Below, one piece after another: positions 21,501 to 34,114 of a DNA stretch of 64,000 nucleotides. Each line of letters starts with the position of its first letter. The stretch's first letter is position 1. A program made the position numbers and the translations under genes. The notes beneath the pieces are model-generated. The model was not told the DNA's origin, searched no databases, and worked only from the letters and a program-made list of their open reading frames with translations. The stretch covers positions 248,001 to 312,000 of the IMG/VR virus record IMGVR_UViG_3300044712_002668; one strand, written 5' to 3'.

Positions 21501-24500
21501 TATGTTATATGCATTGTAGCTTTGTAGATAAAAAGGTATATACTGTTATTTCGGCAGATGATCTTGAAGAAGCTATTGAGTATGCTCGTTGTAATGAGTG
21601 TCTTCCTGAAGGGCTGGCGGCATGAACGTTACAATAAAGAAGGCTGAGGTTGAAAAATGGAATGCCATTATGTCTCAGCATGGAAGTGGTACCGATGAAG
21701 TTTTGAAGACTTTTACATTCAAATTTCCAGATGGTTATCAGGCAGATATCAAGATATGTGATGGAGATTATCCATGGATTGATCCGGTACTATTTGATGA
21801 AAAAGGGCATGAGGTAGCTGCCCTACTATGTGATGATGGCTTGATTAGTGCATATCCATTTGATGACAAGCATAATGGTTTGCTTGGCGTATATCCATTT
21901 GATGACAAGCATATTTTGGTCATAGAAGAGGAAGCGGCATGACTGATAGAAAGTCATATGTGTTGTTGAAGGTCACTCCATTTACTAATGAGATTATTGG
22001 AATTTTTAATAGTCTAGAGAGTCTTTCCAAGGCTGTAGATATTTTTCTTGATAGATATAAAAGTTCTGTTCTGGTTTATGAACAATGGAGAGATAACAAT
22101 ATAGATTGTAAAGAGTGTTGGGATTATTGTTATATTCCTATTGGCTATGATATCAGCCATCTTAGTGGTGATGTTCCTGAGAATCATATGTTTGGAAAGA
22201 ACCTCTTGGCTAAACAGAGATTTGTTGCTACTGTTATTTGGTGTGTGCCAATTCAGGTTGATATAAATGGCTATGAAGCCGTTAACATTGTAAGCGATCT
22301 GGCTAAGCAGGTGCAAGATGATTATTTCCGTAAGACTGGTTTGGTGTTCACCGTTACACTAAACGGTATGACATATATTGTTGATAATCTAAACAAGACG
22401 GTAAAGCCACAATGAAAGAAATCCCCACTGAGATTTTGGCAGCCAATGATAAGCTTTATGAGAAGCTTGTTCCTTTTGAGGGCAAGGCCAATACTGTTGA
22501 AGGGGAGATGTTGAGAGCAATTAATAGGATTATTTATCGTCTATATAATGATGGTGACTTTTTTGATGAGGGCTATGGCATTGAGACTGCCGGTCCTGCT
22601 CATGCTTATCTCTTGAGAGATTGTCCCTTGTCAAGGAAGTTGCAGGGAGTGTTCAGGAGATATTATGACGAAGATGATTATGCGGATATGATGATTGATG
22701 TTCTTAAAATTGTTATTGATTATGTTGAGAATAGGAATGGAGATTATCAGAAGAATTATGTAGATATGTTGGATTGCGAGCCTGTCAATAAGATTCAGCG
22801 TGATGAAGATGAATACCGTTGGAGCTGATATGGAATTCAAAACATCAATCAGTATTGATTCCAACCGGATTGCTGATTTGATTATCACTGCCTTGGAAGG
22901 TGGTAGTAATTATTGGTATTCTATTGATAAGAAGAAGTCCAAAGCTCCATCTCCTGATAAGCTCTGGCAGTTTCCAGAGGGAGATTCATTGAGAGATACT
23001 TTGTATTTCCATGTGCAGTGGCCTTTGTCAGAAGGTGGTAGCGTTCATATCTACGATAATGAAACCGGAGATTATCGTGGAGATTTGAATCTTGAAAGTC
23101 TTCAGAAGGGGCTTGATGTGATGCAGGATAAATATCCTAAACATATGGCTGATTTTTTGAGTGAGCATGAAGATGGTGATACGGCAGACGTATTTCTTCA
23201 GTGCTGTTTGTTCGGTGAAGTTATTTTCGGGTGATATGAAAAAGGAAACTCTAAAGAGAATTGTTGATCATATGTACCCAATCAGGGAGGAATATTTTCC
23301 AAATAAGAATCATAGTGAAAAAGATTTTGATTATCCTGATTATGGTGGGTTGCCTGAAAGTATAATCAAGTCATTATCTTCTGAGGCTGTAGATGCCATG
23401 CAGTTCATTCTAAATTGGCCTTACAAAGCCAAGAGGCTCTTTGCTAGAGATTATAAAGAGCGTTTGATTGGTCTCGGAGAAAAGGTCGAATAATGGGTAT
23501 CTATAGCGATGTAGGTTTTGCCGTCAAGAAGTCTCTTATTGCTGAGCTGGATGAGAAGCATCCTTGGGTTCGTAAGGAATCCAATGTAGATGAATGTGAA
23601 ATTGGTACTCTATTCCATTTTCAGAATGTCAAATGGTATGATGATGATGAGGAAATCAAATCTTTAATTCACTGGTTGAACCAGCAGGATGATGAAGATT
23701 ATATTCTGATTATTGCCTGTCATGATTATCCTGATGATACCAGTGCAGATATGGGTGCTTGGGTAGAGGATCCTTGGAATGTTCATAGGGAATGCCGTGT
23801 TTCTATTGAATTTGAGCCGGTGTTTGATATAAAGCAGAAGAAGCCACGTTCCAAGAATGGGCGTGCAAAGTAATTCAATATGGCAAACCACACCACCAAA
23901 GAGATTTTGAAGAAGATGCTTGTTGAGAATACTGGAATTGCCCTGTGTGATTCCGGTGGTACTCCAAGTTATGATGAGAATGGTAAGTATCTTGGTTCAA
24001 CCAATGGTTATGGTCGTGGGTTTGAGCGGAATCGTGGGCGGGATTTCGAGAATGAATTGCCTACTGAACTAGAGTTCAAGAAGTATAATAAGCATCTTGA
24101 AATCAATGTTACTCACAACATCTATCACTTTCTGGAGGAGCGTTGTGAGATTTCAAAGCTTGATGAGATTTTCCATGGTCAGTATCTCAAGGAGAAGGAT
24201 CCTGATAATGACCGTAGTTGGATGAGTTTGATGGAGGAGTTTCCTCAGTGGCTCTGTGAGACTTTTCAGGAACCTTGTGAGGAATGTGATGGTTCTGAGA
24301 ATGAGGATGAACCTTGTGAGTTCTGTAGTGGTACTGGCAAGGTTGGTTCCACTTATGGTGAGCCTGGTGGTATTTATGGTGAGGGTAAGCCTATCTTCAA
24401 TTATACTTACAATACCGATAACCTATTGAGTCAGAACATTCAGTATCTTTATTTCACTCTTGGCGGTAGGCATGACCGTGAAGAGTTTGCTATCATTCAG

Positions 24501-24941
24501 ATTCATAATGGTTGTGATGCCCGAGGTGGTATGACCACTCCTCATGTGTTTGAGGTTGGGCATTCTGGATCTGAGTATGACATTTTGGAGGATAACCGAG
24601 CTACGATTTATTGTAGTGGTAAGAACCATCATCCTTCTGTGAAGGTAATTCCTGAGGAGCAGGAGAATCTTCCTGGTATTGATGTTGATCATAGTTGCCG
24701 TGGCAAGTATGGTCAGAATCGTTTTTGGGATATGGAGGGATACAATAGTTTCCCTGAGGGTGAGGACCACAAGGCTACTCACCTTGAAGATTATGAAGTG
24801 AAGGTTTTGGATAGTAAGGAGGATCCGAATGCGGATAATCCCGAGCCTCATGTCTGGGAGGCTGGGAAGCTATGCATTGAGCATGAAACGGGGCTTGGAT
24901 ATTGTCCTTATTGCGGAGCAAGGTTGGAAGCCGGGCGTTAA
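18590..24941 (+). other. Block of about 15 coupled small, often acidic, hypothetical phage genes
   Basis: Contiguous + strand ORFs with overlapping start/stop codons; no family recognised with confidence. Confidence 0.6.
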
Positions 24942-25051
24942 TCATCGCCTTCGTCTTCAAATCCTTCTTCCTCTGCTTCTCCTTCCTCTTCTTCGGAAGC
25001 TTTCTTAAGAAAAATATCAATCATCTCTTCTAGCTTAGCAAACTTTTCCAT
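24938..25051 (-). CDS. 37-aa acidic microprotein (below the ORF-track cut-off)
   Basis: MEKFAKLEEMIDIFLKKASEEEEGEAEEEGFEDEGDD*; AGAGGG RBS; N-terminus shared with 25294..25671. Confidence 0.6.
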   Translation of the reverse strand: MEKFAKLEEMIDIFLKKASEEEEGEAEEEGFEDEGDD

Positions 25052-25077
25052 AAACCCTCTAAATAAAATAGTGGAAA

Positions 25078-25299
25078 ATGCCTGGACAGAAATTCAACTT
25101 TGGAGAAATCTTTAAAAAAGAATTTGAAAGGTTTGGTAAAGGCAAGAATAGATTTAGATTGATGAATGATTATTCGATAGGGGCGGGACAAATGGACTCT
25201 GCCTTTGAATCAAAAGGCAAAGTAAAAGTAGAAACTCTGGAAAAGTTCTGTGAGTATCTTGGTTTGGAACTGGAAATTATTGTAAAGAGAAGATCATGA
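25078..25299 (+). CDS. Putative XRE-like HTH protein
   Basis: SAFESKGKVKVETLEKFCEYLGLEL resembles the C-terminal half of XRE domains. Confidence 0.5.
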   Translation: MPGQKFNFGEIFKKEFERFGKGKNRFRLMNDYSIGAGQMDSAFESKGKVKVETLEKFCEYLGLELEIIVKRRS

Positions 25300-25671
25300 A
25301 TCTTCATCCTCATCATACATTACATACTTATCATATAAGTTTTTAGCAATTGGATCTTCTAGATCAAATAATATTCCATCCTTTAGTTCTGGAACTATAT
25401 TTGATGACCAATAATAGTGAGCTACTATATTTGAAAGGTAATTATGTTTTTCTTTATCACTTAAATCAAGTGAACTTATTTCTTGTTCTTTCTTGAAAAG
25501 AGCATCAATAATTATCTCTCTTAAATCTGAAAGGTTGTTTTTCAGATTATTACAAACTTTATCTAGAACGTGCATGGTTTTTTGAAGTTTCTCTTCAAGA
25601 CCATGACTGCCTTTCTTAACAGTAAAGTAGAAGTTGTTGACAATTTTTTCCAGTTTAGCCATCTTATCCAT
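25294..25671 (-). CDS. Hypothetical protein (MDKMAKLEKIV... leader)
   Basis: Probable start at the M of MDKMAKLE. Confidence 0.55.
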   Translation of the reverse strand: MDKMAKLEKIVNNFYFTVKKGSHGLEEKLQKTMHVLDKVCNNLKNNLSDLREIIIDALFKKEQEISSLDLSDKEKHNYLSNIVAHYYWSSNIVPELKDGILFDLEDPIAKNLYDKYVMYDEDEDS

Positions 25672-25733
25672 GTCTATATTTCTAAAAATGCCTTGGATGG
25701 GATGACACATAAAAAACAAAAAGAGTTTGAGTC

Positions 25734-25955
25734 ATGAGCAAAGAAGACCTGATCGAGATCCGTGGCCGTATTATTGAAGCCCTTGGTGGTGGACAGTATT
25801 CAATCCAGGTGGATGGAAATGATACTGTTCTTCGTGCCAGATTGGGAGGCAAGATGAAGCAGAAACATATCAGGGTTATCCCTGGTGACCTTGTTACTGT
25901 AGGCGTAAGCCCATATGATATGAGTCATGGTATTATTACTTGGCGTTTCAAGTAA
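25734..25955 (+). CDS. infA: Translation initiation factor IF-1
   Basis: MSKEDLIE...GKMKQKHIRVIPGDLVTVGVSPYDMSHGIITWR. Confidence 0.93.
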   Translation: MSKEDLIEIRGRIIEALGGGQYSIQVDGNDTVLRARLGGKMKQKHIRVIPGDLVTVGVSPYDMSHGIITWRFK

Positions 25956-28900
25956 AGGTAAACACAATGACCAACACCCAAGACATCCTCAGAATTTGTT
26001 CCAATGGTCCCAAGGTTGTTTTCAAGCCCGCCAAGGGTACAAAGCTTGGTGATTTTACTACCAAAACTTCTACACTGTATGGTGTAGATAAGATTGTTGA
26101 AGCCTTCAAGGATTTCACCAAGGATAAGAATCCGGCAAAGTTTATCGGTAATATTTACGATGGCCGAGAGATTGTTGCCGTTGTTTCTTATAACGTCAAA
26201 CAGGGAGTGATGATTTGTGATAAGGCACTTGAAACCCGCTATTGGTCTGAAACTGATGCTGTCATTGCTTCTGCCAAGCGTAATGAGTATTACGCAAAGA
26301 TAAAGCCCATCGTTACTCTTTATAATGAAACCTTCCTCAACTTTGTTTCAAATATTTATAACACTATGGTAATTGAAAATGTCAAGACTGTTGTGGTTTT
26401 CAATTACCGTGAGAGTTTGATTGAGAGCTTTGAAGATTTGAAGAAGGCATTGTTTGATGGTGCAGATTTTGACAAGATCAATTCCACTGGAGTTTTGCTG
26501 AAGAATCCTTTTGTGATTGATGTTGGAAACAAGAGTGTGAATGTAAAGAAGAATAAGGGCATTCTTAGTTTCAGGTATGATGATTTCACTGCCAGTGTGT
26601 CATTGTCTAATATCAAGATTGATACGGATGATGGGGCTGAGGTTTGGTTTGATTATGTAAAGAAGGTAGAGTTGATTCATGGTTATCTTTGCGAGGATAA
26701 TCAGAATGATACTTCTACTGTGCTGAATGAGTTGAAGGCATTGTATGAGTCTTCCAAGGCTGAGATGTTGAAGATTCGTACTGAGCTTGGAGTAAAGACC
26801 CTCAATGACTGATACCACAGAGGAAAGGCTTGACGATTATTGTAAGCGTATTGGATTGAAGATGAAGGTTGAATACATCGGACTAATATCCGATGGATTG
26901 TTTTCCAAGAAGCATTATAAATGCAGGCTTGGTTTCAAGGGTAGGACTTTGACTACCGATTTTTATCAGGGTATGGGTTGCACAGAAGAACCGGTTATCC
27001 CTGATGTGATTTCAAGTTTGTGTTTGGATGCTTCTGCTGGAATGGAAGACTTTCCTTTTTTCTGTTCCAGCTTTGGATATGATACCGATTCGATGAAGGC
27101 CAATAAGCTTTGGAAGGCATGCAAGGCTACCGTGCCCAAGTTGAAGAGGTTTCTTGGAGATGCATTCAATGAAACCTGTGAGAAGGGTAGTACTTGGTAA
27201 TGGGACAGGATATTGATAACGCAAAACCAGGTGACATATTTGTAGCGGCTGATAATGGTATTTACGGTGTTATTGTATTGGCTGCTAAAAATAAAGTTGA
27301 TGATGTAAATTTGTGTGCCTTTACATCCAAGGGTCCTGATATGAAAGGACCCTTTACCAATTACTTTATGGATGCATGGAAGCTTACTTATCGTTATAGA
27401 GTTCCTGATATAAAGGATTGGGATTGGATTCCTGAAAGTGTTAATGAATATGCTTGGGAAGTAAAAGAGAACTCGTAATGTCAAGGCAATATACACAAGA
27501 AGAGATTCGAGATAAGTTTATGACTCATGTTGCTGCTCTTGTCAGGTATTGGCAGCGGCAAGTTGATTGTTCTTCTGATGAGAAAGTTGAGGGTATTACC
27601 CATTCTCTTCTTGTAGCTCTGGATGGTGGAGCAATGGCTCTTCCGGCTTTCAAGGTCATTGCGGATCCGCATCCTGCTGATAAGCAATATCATATTGAAC
27701 ATGATGAAAATTGGTATCCTGAGAGTCATGAGTTGAATCATCCTGGTGATATTACGGCAGATGGACTTCTTCATGAGGTTCTGTTCAAGTACCTGAAGGA
27801 TGACGAATGAACATCAACAACCTCAAGAGTTTTATTACTGGTAAGATTGATTCGATCAAGAATGTTGTATTGAATAAGTTTGGGGTTAGCGGAGAGCCGT
27901 TGTTTGTGGGTGGTAGTTGGGAAGTGTTTGTTGAGAAGATCCATGAAATCGTGGATGATTATGTTGAGAATAGTCACAGACGTTTTTTGGAATCATTGGT
28001 TACCAATGAGGTTGAGTTCAAGATTGGTGAGCTGGATCTTCCAACTGAGAATCGTATTAATGATTTGATTGATGAAGCGATGACTGAGAAGATTGATGAA
28101 GCTATCGATAAGGCTATTTCGGATGAGGGTAATGAACATTTGAGGACAGTTATTACTGAAATTGTTGAGGAGAACGCTGTAACTGAGGAGTATATTTCTG
28201 ATATTGTTCGAACACAGTTGAGTGACCAAGGTGATGATTTTGAGGATTCTGTTATGAGTGTAGTCAAGACAAACAGTGATTTTGAGTTGTGTGTTCTGGA
28301 TATTATCAAGGATAATCCCAGGGCTGTTCTCAAGGCATTGCTTGAGGGTTTGAATAACGAGTAGTAGGTGAATAATGGGACTATCTGACGAAGAGAGAAT
28401 CTCTAAGGTTTTTGCAGTATTCATTCGTTTGAATGATTACTTTGATACTAATACATCTCAGTATCATAAGTATGATTTGGAAATATATAATAAGCTGAAG
28501 AAGATTGTAAAGAAGTTGTGGATTACTTATTATAGTGGTTCACGAAATGGTATGTTCTGGTTTTGTGGTGGCGAGATTGATAGCACTGATTTGCCGCCCA
28601 TGGGAACCATGGCATCATCATTCAGGTTGCTTGATAAGGAAGATGTTTTTTTTCCACCTCCCAAGGATGAGGAGGAGAAGAAAGATAGGGACTTCTGGAA
28701 TTATGAGAAGCCTGAAAAGGAACAGACTTCTTATGACAAGCTTTGTTATTATATTCGTCAGTATTTCGATAAAATTGAATTCTTGCATAAGAAGAATGAG
28801 CACGCTGTATGGAATGTGTTTCGTGAATGCGAAGCATATTTCTATGCAGCCAATCGATATGATGATAAGTTGTCAAAGCGTTTGGGCAAGGTTACCAAGT

Positions 28901-30720
28901 TGTTTGCTGAGATGATGGGTATTTGTACTCATGCATTTGCAAACAATCCTGTTTATTATAAAGCCTGGATGGCTGATAAGATTCTTGAGAAGTTCAAGGT
29001 TTATGATGGGAACGATCTTGTTATGCAATGGTTTATAAAGCATAACTTTCATCATAAGATTTCTTTGAAGTATTATGATAATGCTCAGCTTTATGCTGAT
29101 TATAAGAAGTTCCGAGCGTTGTCAGCTCCATCCTTGATGGATAAGATAGAGGTATTGTTCAGGTTCATTGGGGGCGGGCTTGATGATTTTTATCATAAGC
29201 AATTGCTTGAATCATGTAAGAAGGCTAATTTTAGTGAAGGTGATATCAAGAAGGTTGAGGGTTGGTTGAATAATTGTAAGAAGCTTCGTGAGGAAAAGGA
29301 GGCTGAAACTAAAACTGATTATAATAAGAATCGTTTTGATTCTGTATGGTTTGAGAGTTATGATGTAAAGGATACTGAGGAGAAGCCTGAAGTAAAGAAG
29401 GAGGTCAAGAAGATTTCAGCTCCAAAGAAGAAGCCTGTTACAAAGAAGGCCAAGGTCAAGAAATGACCCTTTGGAATTTTTGGCATTCACCATGGCAACG
29501 CAAGTTGCTATTTATTATCATATCTATCTTTGCTTTTATTGCTTATCTTAGAGGGGAATCTGTATTACTTGAACTGGCCTGGGATGGTGTTTGGATCTCC
29601 GGTGTAGAATTGATAACGGCAATATTGATGACGATGTTCTGCACAGAGCCAAAGAAATGACAATCGAAAAGGTATCAGTTTTGATTTACTCTCACAGGCA
29701 TGGAACTGATGTGAGTGTTTATAAGACTAATGAGGGGGCTATCAAGGCAGTCTTTGAAATTATGGCTGAATATAAACTTGAGCTTGAGGGTTCTGGTGAT
29801 AAGGAGGCTATTGCAGAATTTGAGGAAGCTGTGAAGAATAATGATATCGGAACGGCTTCAGAGATTTGGGCTGAGATTGTTGGAGAAACTTTCGAGATCA
29901 ATGAGGTTCCTTTGAATGAATAAAGAAGTGGCATTGGTTTTATTGCATCGTAGACATGGCTATGTTGAAAGTGTTTATATTCTACCAGAACAAGAAGCTT
30001 ATAGACAAGCTATAATTTATATAATTGGCAATCTTAATTGTACTACAAATCCTGAAGATATTCAGGTTATTAAAAATCTTATTCTTGAAAAGAAATATGA
30101 AGAAGCTTATGAGATATTGGATGCTGAGAATTATGTAGCAGTTATGCCGATAAATACTCTTGATGAGGAGGTTTCTGATACTGAGGTTATCAAGTGGCTA
30201 ACTGGAGATAATAAATAATGTACGACAATGATGATGAGGATTATGACCCTTGTTATGATAATGATGACGATGATGATTTGATTGATGGGGTTGGGTTTGC
30301 ACAAGAGGGCAGTGCTCTCCGGGCCGAAACCCCTGACAATCCCCGCATCTATCCTTGTCCTACTTGCGGTGCAGAAAATGTTCTTACCTTGATTGATAAG
30401 GCCCGTCATTACCAATGCGACCGCTGTGCAGATAGGGCAGAGCGTGGAGGTGATTGGTAATGCTCAAAGACTGGGATGAGAAGATTGACATCTCTGATTT
30501 GATTGATAATTATAATGACGATAAGATTAATGTGATAGCAGTTGCCAAGGGTTTGGCTGACAGGCTTGCCGCTTGCAAGTGGAGCAAGAAAGATTTTATC
30601 GTTGATTGTATTGCTAGACTTCGTGATGCTGTAGAAGACGAAGATGAGTTTGATGAGCTTCTTGAAGAGCTTTATGATTGGGGAGATACTAATAAGCGTC
30701 TTTGGGTTCAGGCAATGTAA

Positions 30721-31158
30721 TTAGTCTTTTGGAATATCCTTTCTTGAAGCTGGCTGCATAAGGAGATTCCTTGCACTAACAGGGGTGGCTATATCAGCCA
30801 TCCCTTGGTATGGTTGTCCATGCTCTCTCATTAAAAATAATGCCAGCCTTCTTAAATTAGCTCTATATCTTTTTATAACTTGATACTTCTCATTGATTTT
30901 ATTTTGCAATTTATTTATTTCATCTCTCTTCAATCTTCGCATAAACTCTGATGTTTGAATAAGAAGTTCTTCATTAACTTTATCTATATTATTTTGTAGA
31001 TAAGATATCTCCTCTTCCATAAGTTTTATTTTATCTATTTGATATTCTACTTTATCTCTTATTGTTTCATCAAGCAAGTGAAGATGGGCCTTGATTTCCT
31101 CAATGGCTATCTTGATAATCTTCATATCGCGAGCAATTTTTACCAATACGTTTTTCAT
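30721..31158 (-). CDS. Coiled-coil hypothetical protein
   Basis: Probable start MKNVLVKIARDM; heptad-rich. Confidence 0.55.
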   Translation of the reverse strand: MKNVLVKIARDMKIIKIAIEEIKAHLHLLDETIRDKVEYQIDKIKLMEEEISYLQNNIDKVNEELLIQTSEFMRRLKRDEINKLQNKINEKYQVIKRYRANLRRLALFLMREHGQPYQGMADIATPVSARNLLMQPASRKDIPKD

Positions 31159-31180
31159 ATTAGTATAAAAGAATATGACT

Positions 31181-31354
31181 ATGAACAAACCAAACAAATT
31201 AGTATTGACAATCAATATTGGAAATGATGATGTTCAAACCAGGGACGATGTTGCCAGGGTTATCAAGCAACATCTCACCAAGATTGCTAATAAAGATTCT
31301 GGTAAGATTATGGATGATAATGGAAACTCCATTGGTAAGTGGGAATATCAATGA
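31181..31354 (+). CDS. 57-aa hypothetical protein (not in the ORF track)
   Basis: MNKPNKLVLTINIGND...GKIMDDNGNSIGKWEYQ*; ATGA-coupled to the next gene. Confidence 0.6.
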   Translation: MNKPNKLVLTINIGNDDVQTRDDVARVIKQHLTKIANKDSGKIMDDNGNSIGKWEYQ

Positions 31355-31661
31355 GCGATGATGCTCCAAGAAAATTTTTCAAATGCACTTTCACTGTCAC
31401 TGTAATTTGTGAAGATGAGCCGATAGCTCCTGATACGAGTTTGGGGGATATTGAGTATGAGATTATGGAGGGAGAGTGTGTTGGGGATGTGGAGTATGCA
31501 GAAGTGCAGGAGATAACTTATGAAGAGGCGAAGGTTGAGTGTGAGAAAATTGGAGCTGAGATTGAATTTTTCGGACCATAAACTGCTTGATAAAAATCAT
31601 TTGACAATTGAAAACTCTGTGATATCTAACTGATAACCCGGTACAAAAGGAAAAAAACAAC

Positions 31662-32372
31662 ATGGCCAAGACCACCGATACCAGCATTTCCGCCGCTTTC
31701 GCCACCAAGGCCGCTCGTCTGGTTGAGCTTGAGAAGGAGCTTGCTCTTCTGAAGAAGGAGCTTGCTGAGGATCTCAAGAGCATTTCAACGAGTGAGCTTG
31801 CTCCTATTGTGAAGGATCTGGTTGCGGTGCAAAAGCAGGCACGCCCTGCCCGGACGAATGTTCGCGGCAGTGTTCGTTCCCCTGTGACTGGCGAGACTCC
31901 CACGGAGTACGTCAGGCGTTGTGATCCGAACCTCTCCATCAAGGAGGTGATTGAGCTTGCCAAGGAAGAGGTCAAGCTTGATATTTCGTATGCCCTTGTT
32001 TATCAGACTCGTAAGAACGATTCTGCGAAGGGTGTTGTTGCTCCCCCTCCAAAGAAGGCTGTCAAGAAGGCTCCTGCAAAGGAGGAGCCGAAGCCTTCCA
32101 AGAAGGAAACTCCCAAGCCTGCTAAGAAGGAGGAACCTAAGCCCTCCAAGAAGCCGGCCAAGAAGGAGCCTGCCAAGGAGATTGCAAAGCCGACCAAGGA
32201 GGAGGCCAAGCCTTCCAAGAAGAAGTCGGTCATTGTCAAGAAGGGAGAGGTTGCCGCTGCCAAGCCGGCTGTGACGCCCTCCAAGCGTGTTGCTAAGAAG
32301 CCCCTTGCCCCTGCGCCCGAGGTTGTTGTCCCTGCCCTTGAGGCTGCTACGGAAGTTTCCGCTGCCAACTAA
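31662..32372 (+). CDS. Basic K/A/P-rich (histone H1-like tail) putative nucleoid protein
   Basis: KPSKK/PAKK repeats; domain CDPNLSIKEV...LVYQTR shared with 32954..33409; strong RBS. Confidence 0.6.
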   Translation: MAKTTDTSISAAFATKAARLVELEKELALLKKELAEDLKSISTSELAPIVKDLVAVQKQARPARTNVRGSVRSPVTGETPTEYVRRCDPNLSIKEVIELAKEEVKLDISYALVYQTRKNDSAKGVVAPPPKKAVKKAPAKEEPKPSKKETPKPAKKEEPKPSKKPAKKEPAKEIAKPTKEEAKPSKKKSVIVKKGEVAAAKPAVTPSKRVAKKPLAPAPEVVVPALEAATEVSAAN

Positions 32373-32953
32373 GGCCAAGAATTGAAAGCACTCTTCCTTA
32401 ACTTAATCCTTATAAAGGGATTATATGACCAACAGAACCCTCGATAAAGCATTGACTCTCGTTGCATTGGCTCTCGAATCAATCCCTGGTACGGCCAGGG
32501 AATTGAATCGCAAGCGGCACGAAGCCCGTCTTCAAAAACGTTTGTTTGATTCGTTGAAAAACATTGTTAAGAAGAAGCCCTCCAAGGCTGAGGGTGAGGT
32601 TAAGAAGGAAGTCAAGCGAGAGAAGAACCTTGATTATTTGAATGCTCTTCAACTTGTAAAGTCTTATTTGAACAAGGTTGGTAAGAAGGAATTTATTGTT
32701 GAAGATGTTTGTAAATATGCAAATCAGTTTGATAAGAATGTTATCAGGGGCCGTATTGAATATTGTAAGCAGGCTGGGCTTGTAAAGACCACTGGTAAGC
32801 GTGGTAAGAATTCTCGCGGTAAGAATGTTGAAATCCTTGCTGTTGTTGAAAAGAACTGAACATTTTGTCAGATAACATATTTTTGAACTTGCATCAATGA
32901 ACATCAGCGCTATAAATCAATCAAGCAACCGCAACAACAAGGAACAAAACAAC

Positions 32954-33409
32954 ATGGCCAAGACCACCACCACCAGTGTTTCCGCTACCGCTTCTTCTTT
33001 CAGTGCCCAGCTCGCTCGCCTTGCTGAGCTTCAGCTTGAGACTGAGACTCTGAAGAAGAGCCTGCTTTCGCAGCTCGGACCTGATTACGCCAAGGGTCAG
33101 GTTGCTGCTTCTTTCAAGCCGGTCAAGCGTGCTTCTCGTGGCCGTCCTTCTGGTGAGGATATCCGCGTGAACGGCATCACCCGCAGCGAGTTCATTCGCA
33201 ATTGTGATCCCGCTCTCTCCATTAAGGAGGTGCAGGAGCTTGGCCGTAACGCCGGGTTCGGAGAGATTGGTTACCACCTTGTTTATCAGGTGCGCCTGAA
33301 CGCTGCCGCCAAGGCCGAGGCCGAGCGGGAAGCCAAGGCGCTTGCCAAGGCCGAGCGTGCCAAGGCCAAGGCTGCTTCTGAGAAGAAGGCTGCCAAGGGT
33401 AAGAAGTAA
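32954..33409 (+). CDS. Paralog of 31662..32372 with an A/K-rich tail
   Basis: MAKTT start; CDPALSIKEV...LVYQVR. Confidence 0.65.
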   Translation: MAKTTTTSVSATASSFSAQLARLAELQLETETLKKSLLSQLGPDYAKGQVAASFKPVKRASRGRPSGEDIRVNGITRSEFIRNCDPALSIKEVQELGRNAGFGEIGYHLVYQVRLNAAAKAEAEREAKALAKAERAKAKAASEKKAAKGKK

Positions 33410-33431
33410 CCTTTTTTGAAAAAAATTGTTG

Positions 33432-33471
33432 GCCCAGGGAGAGGGAAACCTCTCCTTGGGCTTCTTTTTTT
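33432..33471 (+). terminator. Rho-independent terminator
   Basis: GCCCAGGGAGAGG-GAAA-CCTCTCCTTGGGC followed by a T-run. Confidence 0.85.
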
Positions 33472-33865
33472 GATATATCTATCAATCATAGATTATTTCT
33501 TTAAAGAAAGTTTGAATCGAAGCGAGCAAAAATGGATCAATTATTGATAGAAACCATGGAGCTGGCAACACGTAGATTCAAAAACAATAAGATAAGAGTT
33601 TGGTATATAAAAGTTGGACCTAAAAATTGGAGAGCGATTATCTTCAATACTCAAAACAGAATTGTTTATCTGCGTGGGCCAGCAAAGAAATCACCCAAAT
33701 CCGCATTGAATGCAATCGGTGCGTTACTTATTACTGCAATGCAGAAAATTTCTTAAGGAAGAAAAAAGAAATGCTAATCAAACTGTTATTTGTTTGTAGC
33801 AAGTGTGGTAGAATCAAAGCACCTTTTGAGAAGTGTATGTGTTTCTTTTATAGGAAACTACACGT

Positions 33866-34114
33866 ATGAAAGTTATAATTCTGAAAAAGAATGATTGGTA
33901 TGGATCAGAGTATGGTTTTGGTGCTACCAGAGATTATATTTATGGTTTCGGTGCCACCAGAGATTATTTTCATGGCTGTGGTTATGGGGTTAGCGATGTG
34001 GATGGCGGTGGTTGGGGTGTTGGTGCTGGTTATGGAGGCGGTTGTGGTTTTGGAGATGGAGATGGTTATGGTGATATTAGATGGAAAAATACAAAAGGTG
34101 TTTGCGAGTATTGA
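33866..34114 (+). CDS. Gly-rich small protein, MKVxILxKEDW family
   Basis: MKVIILKKNDW; internal 30-nt duplication (YGFGATRDY x2). Confidence 0.8.
   Translation: MKVIILKKNDWYGSEYGFGATRDYIYGFGATRDYFHGCGYGVSDVDGGGWGVGAGYGGGCGFGDGDGYGDIRWKNTKGVCEY

Noticed and set aside
21853-21913. 22-nt direct repeat encoding YPFDDKH twice
   Set aside because: Simple in-frame local duplication with no sign of wider significance.
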